NCBI GenBank assembly: GCA_963745025.1
Contig: CAVUWD010000008.1
Span: forward strand, 96,001 to 160,000
DNA from: an uncultured delta proteobacterium
GTDB taxonomy: Bacteria > Desulfobacterota > Binatia > JACPRU01
DNA: 64,000 nt
Reading direction: 5' to 3'
Positions 44,729 to 54,523 of this stretch are shown here, piece by piece. The notes beneath the pieces are model-generated. The model saw nothing but the letters and a program-made list of their open reading frames with translations, was not told the origin of the DNA and searched no databases. The number at the start of each line of letters is the position of its first letter. Position 1 is the stretch's first letter. A program made the position numbers and the translations under genes.

Positions 44729-45343
44729 ATGAGAACGATGCGCATGTGGAAGACACTTGCCCTGATCGGAGTCCTCGCGCTGGCCGCATGTGGCGGTGGA
44801 GGCGGCGGCTCTACCGGAGGCGGCAGCTCTGCCGAAACGAACATCACGGGCCAGGTCGCCAACCGAACCGCGAGGGCCGTGCCGGCGGGGCGGCAGAGGC
44901 CCACGAGCCGCTCGTGGCTGGCGCGGTTGAGCTCCGTCGGGGTCGCTTACGCTCACAGCGGAGTGAATGCCCTCGACGTGTGCGCCGAGACGTGCCCTTC
45001 CGGACTCGATTCTTCGGGTCGCTGCCCCGATCCGCAGCCGACGGGCTTCTGTTCCCAAACCGATGACATGGGCTCCTTCAGGGTGCAGGGGGACATGAGC
45101 GGGGACCTTTGTGTCCATTTCACCGACCCGGACGATTCCAGCTTCACGCCGACGGCGTGCGTTCGCGGCGTTCCGCAGGGCGCACAGGTCAGCATGAACG
45201 GAATGAGCTGCTCCCACGGCAACGAGACTTGCACGTCCGGCCAGATCGAGATGACAGACCCCATGGGAAACCACTCGAGCTGGGATGGAAACCGGCACCA
45301 ATGGGACGGCGGCGGCCAGCAGGGAATGAACGGAATGAGATGA
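44729..45343 (+). CDS. Cys-rich lipoprotein
   Basis: Lipobox LAAC, Gly linker, paired Cys. Confidence 0.7.
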   Translation: MRTMRMWKTLALIGVLALAACGGGGGGSTGGGSSAETNITGQVANRTARAVPAGRQRPTSRSWLARLSSVGVAYAHSGVNALDVCAETCPSGLDSSGRCPDPQPTGFCSQTDDMGSFRVQGDMSGDLCVHFTDPDDSSFTPTACVRGVPQGAQVSMNGMSCSHGNETCTSGQIEMTDPMGNHSSWDGNRHQWDGGGQQGMNGMR

Positions 45344-45380
45344 CGAGCCTCCCCCTATCGGGCGAGGTCGGAAAACGAAA

Positions 45381-45510
45381 CCTGCTACCGCTCTGCTACC
45401 ACGCCAGGACCAACCACCCCGAACCAGGAGCAACTCGTATCACTCGGAATCCTCGTCCGTAGGCGGAGTTGGTTGCTCCTGGTTGCTCTCCGTCGCTCCG
45501 CTGATTCTGA
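45381..45510 (+). repeat. att-associated repeat copy 2
   Basis: cctgctaccgctctgctacc...ggaatcctcgtccgtagg shared with 53551-53677. Confidence 0.8.
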
Positions 45511-45637
45511 AGCTCAGCGTTGACAACCCGTTTCGCGGCGTCGATTTCTTCGAGACCGAGTGCGGCGGGTTGGAGATCGGCGGGTAGGCTCGCGGGGCCT
45601 GCGGCAACATGATGCGAGTGGTCGACATCGGCGCCGT

Positions 45638-45672
45638 GCCAGTATCGGCGTCCGGGATCGACCGTTACGTAG
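45638..45672 (+). repeat. 35-bp direct repeat A (partner 46769-46803)
   Basis: 33/35 identical. Confidence 0.85.
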
Positions 45673-45732
45673 CTTTCCGGCCCTTATAACCGCTATGCTC
45701 ACCGACCGCATGGCGCAAACGAGAGCGAGAAC

Positions 45733-45954
45733 ATGCGCGTGACCGAGCGGATCACGCGAATCGACGAGGACACGCTCGAGTACTCGTTCACGGTCGTCGA
45801 TCCCGACACGTGGGGCGAGCCTTGGGGCGGCGTCTATCCGCTGACGGGACTGAACGGCCTGCTGTTCGAGTACGCGTGCACGGAGGGCAACTACGGCATG
45901 GCGAGCATTCTGTCCGGTCAGCGCGTTGCGGAAAGAGAAGCGGCGAAGAAGTAG
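45733..45954 (+). pseudogene. C-terminal fragment of a conserved hypothetical protein
   Basis: VTERITR-D-DTL-Y-FTV-DP...FEYACTEGN. Confidence 0.65.
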
Positions 45955-45968
45955 TCGAAAGCGTGTCG

Positions 45969-46580
45969 ATGCGCGCAATCGTGCTAAAGCTGACCGGCGT
46001 CGTCCTCACGGCCTCGCTGCTCGTCGTGGCCCCCGCGAACGCCGTCGAGGTCAAGTTCATCGCGTTCTCCGCGGCGGACCAGTGGGACGCCCGCACCTAT
46101 CGCGCGATCTGGGAAGAGTCCGGCGAACGCATCGTGGCGGCGTTCGAGGCCGTGACCTGTCTCCCCTTCGCCGAATCGATCGTGCCCGCGGTGGTGGCCG
46201 AGGACGTGAGCAACTCCGGCGGGCCCGAGCATCCGATGCAACTGCGCGCGAGCTATGTCCGTGCGGTGAAGCAAGCCACGCTCGTCCACGAGCTCGGCCA
46301 CCGTGATCTGTGGCAGCTCACCAAACGGCTCGGTGGCGTCGACGGGCATATGACGCTCTATCTCGTCCTCGACCGCGTGTGGGCGTACGTGTGGGGCGAG
46401 AAGTTCGCGGAGGAGCGCATCCGAGACGAATCCGGCTGGCGCGCGAGTTACGCCTACGGCGCGGCCTGGAAGTGGGCGCGCTCGCTCGGACGCGCAGAGC
46501 GCGTGCGGCTGTGGAACGAGCTGCTGATCAAGAACGGCTTCCCGGGCGGCTGCAACGGCTCGCTCGACGGCGCCGGCTGA
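45969..46580 (+). CDS. Secreted HExxH metallopeptidase-like protein
   Basis: Signal peptide, LVHELGH. Confidence 0.65.
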   Translation: MRAIVLKLTGVVLTASLLVVAPANAVEVKFIAFSAADQWDARTYRAIWEESGERIVAAFEAVTCLPFAESIVPAVVAEDVSNSGGPEHPMQLRASYVRAVKQATLVHELGHRDLWQLTKRLGGVDGHMTLYLVLDRVWAYVWGEKFAEERIRDESGWRASYAYGAAWKWARSLGRAERVRLWNELLIKNGFPGGCNGSLDGAG

Positions 46581-46768
46581 CAGCACGCCCGCTGACGATC
46601 GTTCGAAATCGCGGTCACTGTCCGCGCGGTTCGCTCGACATCGCGGCGCGCCAGTCGCTCCAGCCCGAGTCCATGCCGTACGGCACGGCTGCAGCACGGA
46701 TTCCCGTTCGATGCCGGGCTCCGAGCACGCGCGGCGCGGCGTACCGTCAAAACGGGCCGTAGAGCCCG

Positions 46769-46803
46769 GCCAGTATCGGCGTCCGATATCGACCGTTACG
46801 TAG
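46769..46803 (+). repeat. 35-bp direct repeat B
   Basis: gccagtatcggcgtccgatatcgaccgttacgtag. Confidence 0.85.
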
Positions 46804-46824
46804 GGCGGGCCGCCACGCGCAGTT

Positions 46825-46900
46825 AAAGAATCCTCCGCACCACCGACGGATCCTCGATCGTGGCAAGCAAGCGGAGCCTTCCGCCGCAGGCATCGGGCGT
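46825..46900 (-). mobile_element. IS91-family (HUH) transposase C-terminal remnant
   Basis: CGGRLRLLATIEDPSVVRRIL. Confidence 0.65.
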
Positions 46901-47220
46901 GATGCACCCGTAGGCAAAGACAGTGCCACGAACGGCGGGTGTTCAACTCCGCTATTTACACTTCTGAGTCCCCGCCCGCACTGGTGGTGGTGGCCGAACT
47001 TTCCGCAGATCCGGTCAGAGCCGTCGGAGCGGACCTCGCCGGCTCGGGAGGGGCTGTCCTTCGCCAGAATCGCATCCGACTTCTTGGCGACGGTCCGTGC
47101 TCTTGCGACGGTCACCACACGCCAGGAGGCCGGTGACAGGTGTCCGACGTCGTTTCGGTGAGGGACAGACCTCGACCTGAATGAACGCTAATGAGCGCGG
47201 CCGCGCTTACGGCGCGCGCT

Positions 47221-47469
47221 CTACGTGAAGATCCCGAGCGCCTTCAGGAGGAAGATCAGGACCGCAGCGCCGATCACCGCCACCACCCATCCCATGATGG
47301 GGCCACCCACCGAAAGCCCCAGCACGCCGGCGAGCCAGAACCCCAGGCTCGAGCCGATGATCCCGACGATGACGTTGGCGATGATGCCCATCTGGGCGTT
47401 GGTCTTCATCACCATGCTTCCCAGCCAGCCGACAATCCCGCCCACGACGATCGTGATGATCCAGTTCAT
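47221..47469 (-). CDS. GlsB/YeaQ/YmgE stress-response membrane protein
   Basis: WIITIVVGGIVGWL...GIIANVIVGIIGS. Confidence 0.92.
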   Translation of the reverse strand: MNWIITIVVGGIVGWLGSMVMKTNAQMGIIANVIVGIIGSSLGFWLAGVLGLSVGGPIMGWVVAVIGAAVLIFLLKALGIFT

Positions 47470-47691
47470 CAGTCTTCTCCTCCAGTTCTTGCGGGTGAGG
47501 CTACGGGTCCGGCCTTGGGGCGGAATCCGCGGAGAGAGTGTCCTCCTTCGTGGTTTCGCGCGCAACAGGTATTTGGGGCAGCGAGGGGAAGAAGGGCTAT
47601 CGGCCACTCGCCTCCGTCTTGGCAACCTCTCTCGGCATCTTTGGGGCACACGGCGTCAAGAGATGCTCACCGAAGCGTTCGCTCGAGCGGA

Positions 47692-47723
47692 GAGGATAGC
47701 CGGGATAAGCGGCCGAGTTGACG
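47692..47723. repeat. 32-bp perfect direct repeat A
   Basis: gaggatagccgggataagcggccgagttgacg. Confidence 0.92.
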
Positions 47724-47849
47724 TAAAGCCTCAATATCTGACGCTGCCCAAACACGAGACGCCTCGTTTCTACGGGGCGCATAGTTCGATCTGTCCTTCC
47801 GTACCGCCCGGAAGGGCACTTGGGAGCCCATAGAGAGCCGTGCGGTTAC

Positions 47850-48651
47850 TCATTCCACCCGGAAGACACCTCTGACAAGCCGGATCTGGCCCTCCTGAAG
47901 ACTGCGCCGCGCGTTCGCGGCCTTTTGCGCGAGATTGTCGACGTACACCCCCAAGGTCAGCGGACTCGGTGCGGCGTCTGCGGTAGTCCTGCTCAGATGA
48001 GCGTCGCTGGTATCCTCGAAGAGTTCAGCGATGAATCCACTCTCGCCGAGAACCGAGCGCAGTCTCTTCGGCAGAGACAAGGAAGCTGTCGGCAGGGTCG
48101 GTGGCCCACGGAAGCGGAAAATAGGACGTAGCCGCTTCCCCGGCGGCCATCTCCTGGAAGGCGTACCGGCCGCCCGGCTTGAGGACCCGGTGGATCTCCC
48201 CGTAGAGCTTCCGCTTGTCCGCGATGTTCATGCCGACATTTTGCATCCAGACGACATCGAACGAATCGTCGGGAAAGGGCAGGTCGAGAGCGCTGCCCTT
48301 GTGCACTTCGATTCGGTCGTCGAGGCCGGTCAGCCGATTCAGCAGTACCGCACCGGCGCAGAAATCGGGCGACAATTCGAGGCAGTCGACGCGGCAGCCG
48401 AGCGCGGAAGCGAGCAGCCGGGCGGGACCGGCCAGCCCGGCTCCAATATCGAGAACGCGATCTTCGGCCCGAATCTGCGCCAGCTCCAGCAACTCGCGTG
48501 AAGCGCGGAGTCCGCCCGTGTGGAAATGGTCGAGCGCCCCCAGCTCCTCGGGCGACAGGCGTTGCTCGGGATTCAATCCGGCCGCGCGGACGGCCGCCAG
48601 GATTCGCGCCTCGATGTCGCGGGCCGAATAGTGTGCTTCCAGACCAGCCAT
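47850..48651 (-). pseudogene. SAM-dependent methyltransferase, frameshift near 48060
   Basis: DHFHTGG, VLDIGAGLAG, LKPGG; C-terminus in ORF 47850-48080. Confidence 0.85.
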
Positions 48652-48759
48652 GAACAACCTCTCCTCAAGATCCGCCGTGTTCGGCACGCGCCGATTGCAT
48701 GCCACAGGCCCAACTACCATTCGCCTCCCGAACAAACTCTGCAACCCCCGCGAGGCCCG

Positions 48760-48825
48760 AGCATCTCCTGGGTCTCGGCGATGCCGCCGATCACCGAGCC
48801 CACGACCGCCTTGCGCCCCGAACAC
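48760..48825 (-). pseudogene. Zn alcohol dehydrogenase fragment
   Basis: GSVIGGIAETQEML. Confidence 0.6.
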
Positions 48826-48841
48826 CAACAGAGCGGTGTTG

Positions 48842-48873
48842 GAGGATAGCCGGGATAAGCGGCCGAGTTGACG
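48842..48873. repeat. 32-bp perfect direct repeat B
   Basis: Identical to 47692-47723. Confidence 0.92.
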
Positions 48874-49200
48874 GCAGTGCGCCGAGGTCGATCAGCTCGT
48901 GAACGCGGGCGCGAAATGCCTCCGGCCGCGCCGCCTCCACGTCCGCGAACCAGTAAATCCAGGTGGCGCCTGGGCGTGCGCCGCCTGGTAGTTGTCGACC
49001 GCAAGCAGGGTCTTGCGATCGGCGGGCGCGAGCTTTCCCTGGTCGACCACGATCGCGCGCCACGGTTGGAGGTTCCCTGGGCAGGTGGTCCCCACCCGCA
49101 CGACCTCGAGGACCCGCTGAATCTTCTCCCGCTCGACCGCTCGCTTCGCATCGAAGATCCGAATGCTTCTGCGGAGACCGCAAACGTCCAGGAACTCCAC
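48874..49200 (-). pseudogene. Nitroreductase, frameshifted and truncated at the repeat
   Basis: RRSIRIF, CPGNLQPW. Confidence 0.78.
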
Positions 49201-49333
49201 GAGGCACCTCCCTTGCGACCGGCCTCGGCCGGTCGATCCGCTCAATGCGGCTTCACGATCTGGATGAAGCGCGTCTTGTGCTCGCTCCGGGGCGGCTCGT
49301 TCGGCTCGAGCCGTGCGATGCCTTCGGCCACGG

Positions 49334-50416
49334 CTAGCGGAAGGCGGGCATCACCATTTCGGCGAAATCCCTGATCACCTTGCGCTCGCAGTCCATCGGT
49401 GGCCACAGCGTGATTTCCCGAACGCCGACCTTCTCGATGGCGCGCAGTTGCGCGATGATTTCTTCCGGAGTTCCGACCAGGCAACCGGCGCGAATCGCCT
49501 CCGGGGTCACGAATCCGCGCTCCGCGGGCTGGAGGTACACCAGGTGGCCGTCGTGAATCTGCCGGAAGCGAGCCTTCTCGGGTAGGCTGAAGCGATTCAC
49601 GTGCTCGAGATAGTCGCTCCATACGTTGGCGAAATAGGGCGGGATCAGTTCGCCCTTCTCGCCCGAGTCTTTCCAGAGTTCATAGAAGAAATGCAGCTCG
49701 CACATCACCCAAGAGCCGGTTTCGTTGATCACGCGCTCGTCGGTGAGCTTCTCCCCGGGGCGGAGCACGCAGCTCGTAGTGATGAAGGCGGTGTGGAAAT
49801 CAGCGGGCAACGAGCGTCCGGCCCGCTCGGCGCCGCGTCGAATCAGTTCCAGCTTGGGCCCGGCGACTTCCGGCTTTCCGCCCACGGTAATCCATCCGTC
49901 GGCGAGAGCCCCGGTGGCCTCAAGCGCCTTGGGTCCGTTGGCCGCCGCGTAGATCGGGATGTGATTGTCGAGATTGATGAAGTAGCGGTCGCGATGGATG
50001 AACTGGATCTCGCGGGCCTTGCCCCGGTAGGTGTAGTCGACCGCCTGGCCGTCGAGCAGCGTACGCACCACGCGCAAGTATTCGCGGAACTCGCTGGTCT
50101 TCATCGGATCCTGACCCATCACGCGCATCGCCGTATGGCCGGTTCCGAGTCCCAGGAAGACCCGACCCGGCGCAATCTGGTTGATGCTCGCAATCGAGTG
50201 TGCGGTCACCGGCGCGATCCGCGTTCCGGCGATCGCGACCCCGCTGCCGATCTTGATCCGTTTCGTATGGTGCGCCGCGAGCGCCATCGTCGCGTAGCAA
50301 TCGGACCAGATCATCTGCGAATCGCCGACCCACGCGCGGTCGTAGCCGAGCTCCTCGAGGTAACGAATGATGTCCCAGTTCGTTATGTGGGCGCTGACGC
50401 CGAGACCGAATTCCAT
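49334..50416 (-). CDS. LLM-class flavin/F420-dependent oxidoreductase
   Basis: WVGDSQ, APGRV-LGLGTG, IYAAANGPK. Confidence 0.92.
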   Translation of the reverse strand: MEFGLGVSAHITNWDIIRYLEELGYDRAWVGDSQMIWSDCYATMALAAHHTKRIKIGSGVAIAGTRIAPVTAHSIASINQIAPGRVFLGLGTGHTAMRVMGQDPMKTSEFREYLRVVRTLLDGQAVDYTYRGKAREIQFIHRDRYFINLDNHIPIYAAANGPKALEATGALADGWITVGGKPEVAGPKLELIRRGAERAGRSLPADFHTAFITTSCVLRPGEKLTDERVINETGSWVMCELHFFYELWKDSGEKGELIPPYFANVWSDYLEHVNRFSLPEKARFRQIHDGHLVYLQPAERGFVTPEAIRAGCLVGTPEEIIAQLRAIEKVGVREITLWPPMDCERKVIRDFAEMVMPAFR

Positions 50417-50994
50417 TGGGCGCTCCTCGCATCATCGAGCGGTTTGGGGGTCGGTACCACAGGGAGTTCGATCCGTCAAAATGGCGCGTCCCTAGGGCTA
50501 CGATCGAGCGTCGGTTTGTCAACGACCTTGGCCTCGCCGCCGCGTCTGCGGGTCAGGCCGGCGTTGCCGGAGCCTTGCGAGAACGGACGGACGTCGCGCC
50601 GTCCGGACGGACAGGTGCTGCTCAGAAAACGCCACCACTCCGCTAGACCGCGCGTCCAGGTGGGCGGGACGTAGTGCACTCCGCGCGCGAACCAGAACAC
50701 GCTGCGGCGCGCGAAGGCGTCACACCGGGCGCTGTCGTCGAGTCGCGGCGGCGGCGCGCAGCGGTAGATGACGCGCGGATCGCTGTGATAGAAGCGGATC
50801 GCCGCGGCATCGACGAAGGCGGGCAGTCCCTCCCCGGCGCCGCGGGCTCACCCCTCCTCGAGGAAGCTCTCGAGGTGCTTCAGCGGGGCCGGTGGGCTGC
50901 GCTGTTCCGGCTTCCCACCTCGCCCGCCCAGTGAGCACCTCCAGCACTCGATGGAGTGTCCTACGGATGCGCGCGTTCACGCGGTACCTCGAAG

Positions 50995-51086
50995 AAGAAC
51001 ATGGCCACCAGGTTCTCCCTGCGGCGCAGGTCGATCAGCACGTCCTTCCAGACGAGCACACGCAAGCTGGCCCAGGCGCCGGTCAT
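50995..51086 (-). pseudogene. ccmB: Heme exporter CcmB N-terminal fragment
   Basis: LVWKDVLIDLRRRENLVAMFFF. Confidence 0.6.
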
Positions 51087-52102
51087 GCCGCCTCCTCGAT
51101 TCCCAGGGCGCCGAAGAAGCGCAGGGCCGCGGGTGCCAGGCTCGGCACGTGGTAGCCGCCTTCCTGCAACACGAGGAGCGGGGTGCCCAGTTGCGCGATG
51201 CGCGCCGCCATGGGGCGGAAGTCCTCCACATTCAGCTTGAACGCGCCAATGGGATCGTTCGCCAGCGTGTCGAAGCCCAAGCTCACGATCACTGCCGCGG
51301 GACCGAACGCTGCCACCTTCTCCAGCGCCGTCTCCAGGGCGTGTTGATAGGCCGCCCACGCTGTACCGCCGGGGAGCGGCAGGTTCAGGTTGCAGCCGGC
51401 ACCCCGACCCGTGCCCGTCTCGTCCGCTGCCCCGGCGACATAAGGATAGGCTTCCGTGGGGTCGCAGTGCAGGGAGACATAGAGCACGTCGTCCCGGTCA
51501 TAGAAGATGTCTTGCGTCCCGTTGCCGTGGTGAAAGTCCACGTCCAGGATGGCCACCTTGCCCAGGCGCAGCAGGTGCGCCGCCGCCAGCGCGGCGTTGT
51601 TGAAGATGCAGTAGCCTGCATAGTAGGCCTTGCCCGCGTGATGCCCCGGCGGCCGTGCGAGCGCATAGACCAACCGGTCGCCCGACGCCACCGTTTCCGC
51701 CGCCGCCTGGGCGGTCGCCGCCGCACCGAGCGCCGCTGCCAGCGTCGTGGGCAGCAGCGGCGTGCTGGTGTCGATGGCGTAGTAGCCCATGCGGATGCGG
51801 GCATAGCGGGACTTGAGCAGCAACGTGATCTGCTGGCCGTTCTGTGGGAAGAACTGCTCCTGCGGCTTCAGCCGGCCGCACACTTCCTCCACTGTGCGCA
51901 GGAAGCCCGCGCTGTGCACGGCCTCCAGCGCGGACGTATCCAACGCGGGCGGCGTTACCAGTTCCGCACCGCGCATGCGCCGCACAGCGCCTAGCAGTTG
52001 CTCCGTGCGCTCCGGTATCTCCGGGTACATCGTGAACCGCCCGCCATAAAAGCTGCGGTCGGGCCGGTAGTCCTGCTCCGCCGGATGGTAGAAGACCTTC
52101 AT
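51083..52102 (-). CDS. HDAC family / acetylpolyamine amidohydrolase
   Basis: RPPGHHA, DVDFHHGNGTQ, QEGGY. Confidence 0.93.
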   Translation of the reverse strand: MKVFYHPAEQDYRPDRSFYGGRFTMYPEIPERTEQLLGAVRRMRGAELVTPPALDTSALEAVHSAGFLRTVEEVCGRLKPQEQFFPQNGQQITLLLKSRYARIRMGYYAIDTSTPLLPTTLAAALGAAATAQAAAETVASGDRLVYALARPPGHHAGKAYYAGYCIFNNAALAAAHLLRLGKVAILDVDFHHGNGTQDIFYDRDDVLYVSLHCDPTEAYPYVAGAADETGTGRGAGCNLNLPLPGGTAWAAYQHALETALEKVAAFGPAAVIVSLGFDTLANDPIGAFKLNVEDFRPMAARIAQLGTPLLVLQEGGYHVPSLAPAALRFFGALGIEEAA

Positions 52103-52134
52103 CGCAGTCTCATCCGATCAACGCGACCAGGAGC

Positions 52135-52260
52135 AAGCTCGTGGACGCCCATGGCCAGGGTCAGTTCAATGTCCGCCGTGCGCGAGGCGCAGTTCACGAA
52201 GACCAGGTTCGTGGGGACTGACCCTTGGTAGACGCCGCTGCGAATGAAGTCCAGCATGCG
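52135..52260 (-). pseudogene. LutC/YkgG C-terminal fragment
   Basis: SRTADIELTLAMGVH. Confidence 0.6.
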
Positions 52261-52279
52261 CGGGTGCAGGCGGCGCCTG

Positions 52280-52450
52280 GTCCACGATGGCCGGGATCTT
52301 CCCGTTGGGGTTCACCGCGCGGTAGCTGGCCTCGTGTTGTGCGCCGCCGGTGATGTCGATGGGAATCAGCCGATAAGGAATCACCAGTTCCTCGACCAGG
52401 ATGTGCACCTTGTGCCCATTGGGTGCCGGCCATGTGTAAAGATCGATCAT
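52280..52450 (-). pseudogene. Glutathione S-transferase N-terminal fragment
   Basis: MIDLYTWPAPNGHKV...NPNGKIPAIVD. Confidence 0.85.
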
Positions 52451-52459
52451 GACCGCGCG

Positions 52460-53233
52460 TCACCGCTTGTGCATGATCTCCTGGCGGCGGCGATCCTGGG
52501 CGCGCCGGTTTCCTTCGTCGCTCATGCCGGCGGGCAGGCGTTCGTCCAGGGCCACCGTTCGCTCCTCAATCTGCCTCAGCACGCCATCCTGCAGGGCCTT
52601 TTTTGACATCGCGTAGGCCGTGTTGCAATCCGGCGTGATGCATCGAGCGTAGTTGATCGCTGTCGGAAGCAGCCTGTCGGGCTCGACGACCTCATGGAAA
52701 AAGCCAAGCCGAGCCGCCTCCTCAAGGTCGTACAATTTTCCGCGCAGTGTGGCCAGCACTCCAACCTGCTCGCCCAAGGCGTACTTGATGATCTCGACGT
52801 AGGCCGCCGGCATCGGGATGCCGATGGGCACTTCGTTGAGCCCGAAGCGCACGGGTTTGCGCGCCGCGATCCGGAAATCGCAGTCGAGCGCCGTGATCAA
52901 CCCGCCAGCGATGGCGTGGCCGTTCACGGCGGCCACCGTCGGCCGTGGGTAGCGGAAGATGCGCAGGTTCGTTTCGCGGTACACGCGGTACCACTCGCGT
53001 ATCTTGTCGAGGCTCCCACTGCCGAAGATCTCGAAGCTGTATTGGAAGTCGATCCCGGCCGAGAACACATCGCCCTGACCCGTCAGCACGACCGGCAGTT
53101 GGCTGAACTCGCGCTCGAGCCGGTCGAAGACCCCGTGCAGATCGGCGAAGAACCGGGCATTCTGGACGATCGCCTTATTGGTGTTCATGCGCACGACGGC
53201 GCATTCGTCCACCACCTCGATATCCCATGCCAT
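52460..53233 (-). CDS. Enoyl-CoA hydratase/isomerase family
   Basis: FSAGID, AVNGHAIAGG, GLNEV-IG. Confidence 0.92.
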   Translation of the reverse strand: MAWDIEVVDECAVVRMNTNKAIVQNARFFADLHGVFDRLEREFSQLPVVLTGQGDVFSAGIDFQYSFEIFGSGSLDKIREWYRVYRETNLRIFRYPRPTVAAVNGHAIAGGLITALDCDFRIAARKPVRFGLNEVPIGIPMPAAYVEIIKYALGEQVGVLATLRGKLYDLEEAARLGFFHEVVEPDRLLPTAINYARCITPDCNTAYAMSKKALQDGVLRQIEERTVALDERLPAGMSDEGNRRAQDRRRQEIMHKR

Positions 53234-53550
53234 GTCGTCTCCTTGAGGTCTGTGGTAGAGGTGACCTGTATTTCAATCAGAGTAGCGGGCACTCGATCGG
53301 GGGCTGTCGTCAAGACGATAAGAGCCGTCGCCGTGCTCCTCGATGCGCTTGATGACTTCCTTGTCGGCGAGGATCTCGAACGCTAGCCACCCCTCCGACG
53401 TCTCCCACGCTACGCCCGTTTTTACGGAGCGCACAAGGGGCTCGTCAGCCGATAGTGCTCGCCGAGCGGAGCGCGACAGCAGCCGACTGATTCGTAGAGC
53501 TGCCTGGGTCGGTGCGCGACGGCTCTGTTCTTCCGCGCCCGAAAACAGCG

Positions 53551-53721
53551 CCTGCTACCGCTCTGCTACCACACCAAGACCAACCGCCCGAACGAGGAGC
53601 TACTCTTCCGTGTCGGAATCCTCGTCCGTAGGTGGACTCGGTTCTTCCTGGGTGCTCTCCGTTGGGCTCCGCAGAGAATTCGTAGTCAGCAGGTCGACGG
53701 TTCGAATCCGGCGGGTGGCTC
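53551..53721 (+). repeat. att-associated repeat copy 3 with tRNA-Thr(CGT) 3' half (53678-53721)
   Basis: CTGCTACC x2 arm repeat; attcgtagtcagcaggtcgacggttcgaatccggcgggtggctc. Confidence 0.85.
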
Positions 53722-53734
53722 TGTTGGTTTCACT

Positions 53735-53830
53735 CGGAAGCTGAAGCAGGTCGTGGCCGATGTGACAGTGGACAAGCAGATCCTGAAGAAGGCGTTGGGA
53801 AAGAAGTGGTAGGGCCAGCCCGAAGATGGC
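53735..53830 (+). mobile_element. IS3-family orfA/orfB junction remnant
   Basis: KLKQVVADVTVDKQILKKALGKKW* with degenerate A-rich slip site. Confidence 0.7.
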
Positions 53831-53971
53831 GTCCGTCGGACATCCGAGTTGGTAGTTCCTCCCAAGCCGGTTCGGTTGTCGATCACACCCAAAGGGGGCA
53901 CGATCTCCGTCACAAGGAGATCGCGCCATCGGACCCGCCACGATACGTAAGATCAGAATTCAGGAGAAAGT

Positions 53972-54277
53972 ATGGCCGGACCCGTGGATCAATGGGGCGA
54001 CATCGCCAACCGCTTTCTGTTTGAGAACGACCGCGTCAAAGTGTGGAGCCTCGACCTGGCTCCGGGCGAAGCCAGTGCCTGGCACTGCCACGATCGCGAC
54101 TATGTGATTGTCGTGCTCGAATCCGACGGCGGGTTAGTAGCCGAGGAGAAGGGCGGCGAAGACGTCAGCCGCGGCATGAAACCCGGCGACGTCGCCTTCC
54201 GGGAAAAAGGCGAGATCCACCGCGCGGTCAATAAAGGGAGGGAGCGGTATCGAAATATCCTGATTGAGTTGAAGTAG
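53972..54277 (+). CDS. Cupin-domain protein
   Basis: LFENDRVKVW-L-LAPGE, WH-H-RDY, H--VN-G. Confidence 0.88.
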   Translation: MAGPVDQWGDIANRFLFENDRVKVWSLDLAPGEASAWHCHDRDYVIVVLESDGGLVAEEKGGEDVSRGMKPGDVAFREKGEIHRAVNKGRERYRNILIELK

Positions 54278-54318
54278 TCCTCTCTGATGGGCGGTGCTTG
54301 GCGGACGCTCATCCTTCG

Positions 54319-54399
54319 GATTCGTAGTCGGCAGGTCACCGGTTCGATTCCGGCGGGTGGCTTACGTTTTTTTGTTCGCGTATGCCAAACGTGTGCCAT
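54319..54399 (+). other. tRNA-Thr(CGT) 3' half plus GTGTGCCA arm repeat
   Basis: Matches 5608-5652 and 5691-5710. Confidence 0.85.
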
Positions 54400-54523
54400 C
54401 CGACGCGAGTCGAACGCCGCTACAAGCAACGAGATCAGGGCAATCCACACGCCTTGGGATCGGATTGCCGGCGCGATACCATCAGTCGTAGAGCCTCAGA
54501 CGTGAATCGGAAGAGGCATTGCC

